Positions 63,781 to 64,000 of a DNA stretch of 64,000 nt are shown piece after piece. Made by a program: the position numbers and the translations under genes. Position 1 is the first letter of the stretch. Each line of letters begins with the position of its first letter. Below the pieces are notes generated by a model, which worked only from the letters and a program-made list of their open reading frames with translations, did no database searches and was not told the DNA's origin. The stretch is from Octopus vulgaris (lineage: Eukaryota): assembly GCA_951406725.2 (NCBI GenBank), contig OX597818.1, positions 122,636,001 to 122,700,000 on the forward strand, written 5' to 3'.

Positions 63781-64000
63781 AAAAACGAATACACACACAG
63801 ACACACATTGCATACGCACATAATTATTATTTGGATGGAAATGAACCTGTATCTAGTTAAATGAGTTATGATATATTAAAGAATAGACAAAATGATACAA
63901 GAAAAGGTGTATATGATAAGATTTATATATCAGAAATATCTTAAAATTAATGATAGAACAAAGATGTCTTAATTACGGAGCGGTTGTTTACATGCAAATG

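Overview
AT-rich, microsatellite-dense animal genomic DNA with no confidently identifiable host gene. The repeat content (tRNA/Meta-core SINEs, (TA)n/(CA)n/(TACA)n tracts) resembles an octopus or other coleoid cephalopod genome; that assignment is an inference. Recognisable elements are: a full-length L1/Tx1-clade LINE with target-site duplication (20077-25513, minus) inserted into a SINE; R4/Dong-like RLE-LINE fragments sitting in (TAA)n tracts; two defective mariner copies; Tc1 and hAT remnants; several Penelope-like element (PLE) remnants; a Helentron/HINE-like element; and a 42-bp minisatellite. The most notable unannotated signal is a set of at least six families of minimal type-I hammerhead ribozyme motifs. 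They include a G3-C8 core-swap variant and a U4C variant. Three non-coding fold-back elements (38589-40300, 47968-49910, 53309-54517) carry one hammerhead in each inverted arm, both pointing outward. In addition, the abundant Meta-core SINE shares an exact 26-nt 3' tail with the L1/Tx1 LINE. Nearly all short ORFs in the supplied track are microsatellite read-throughs.
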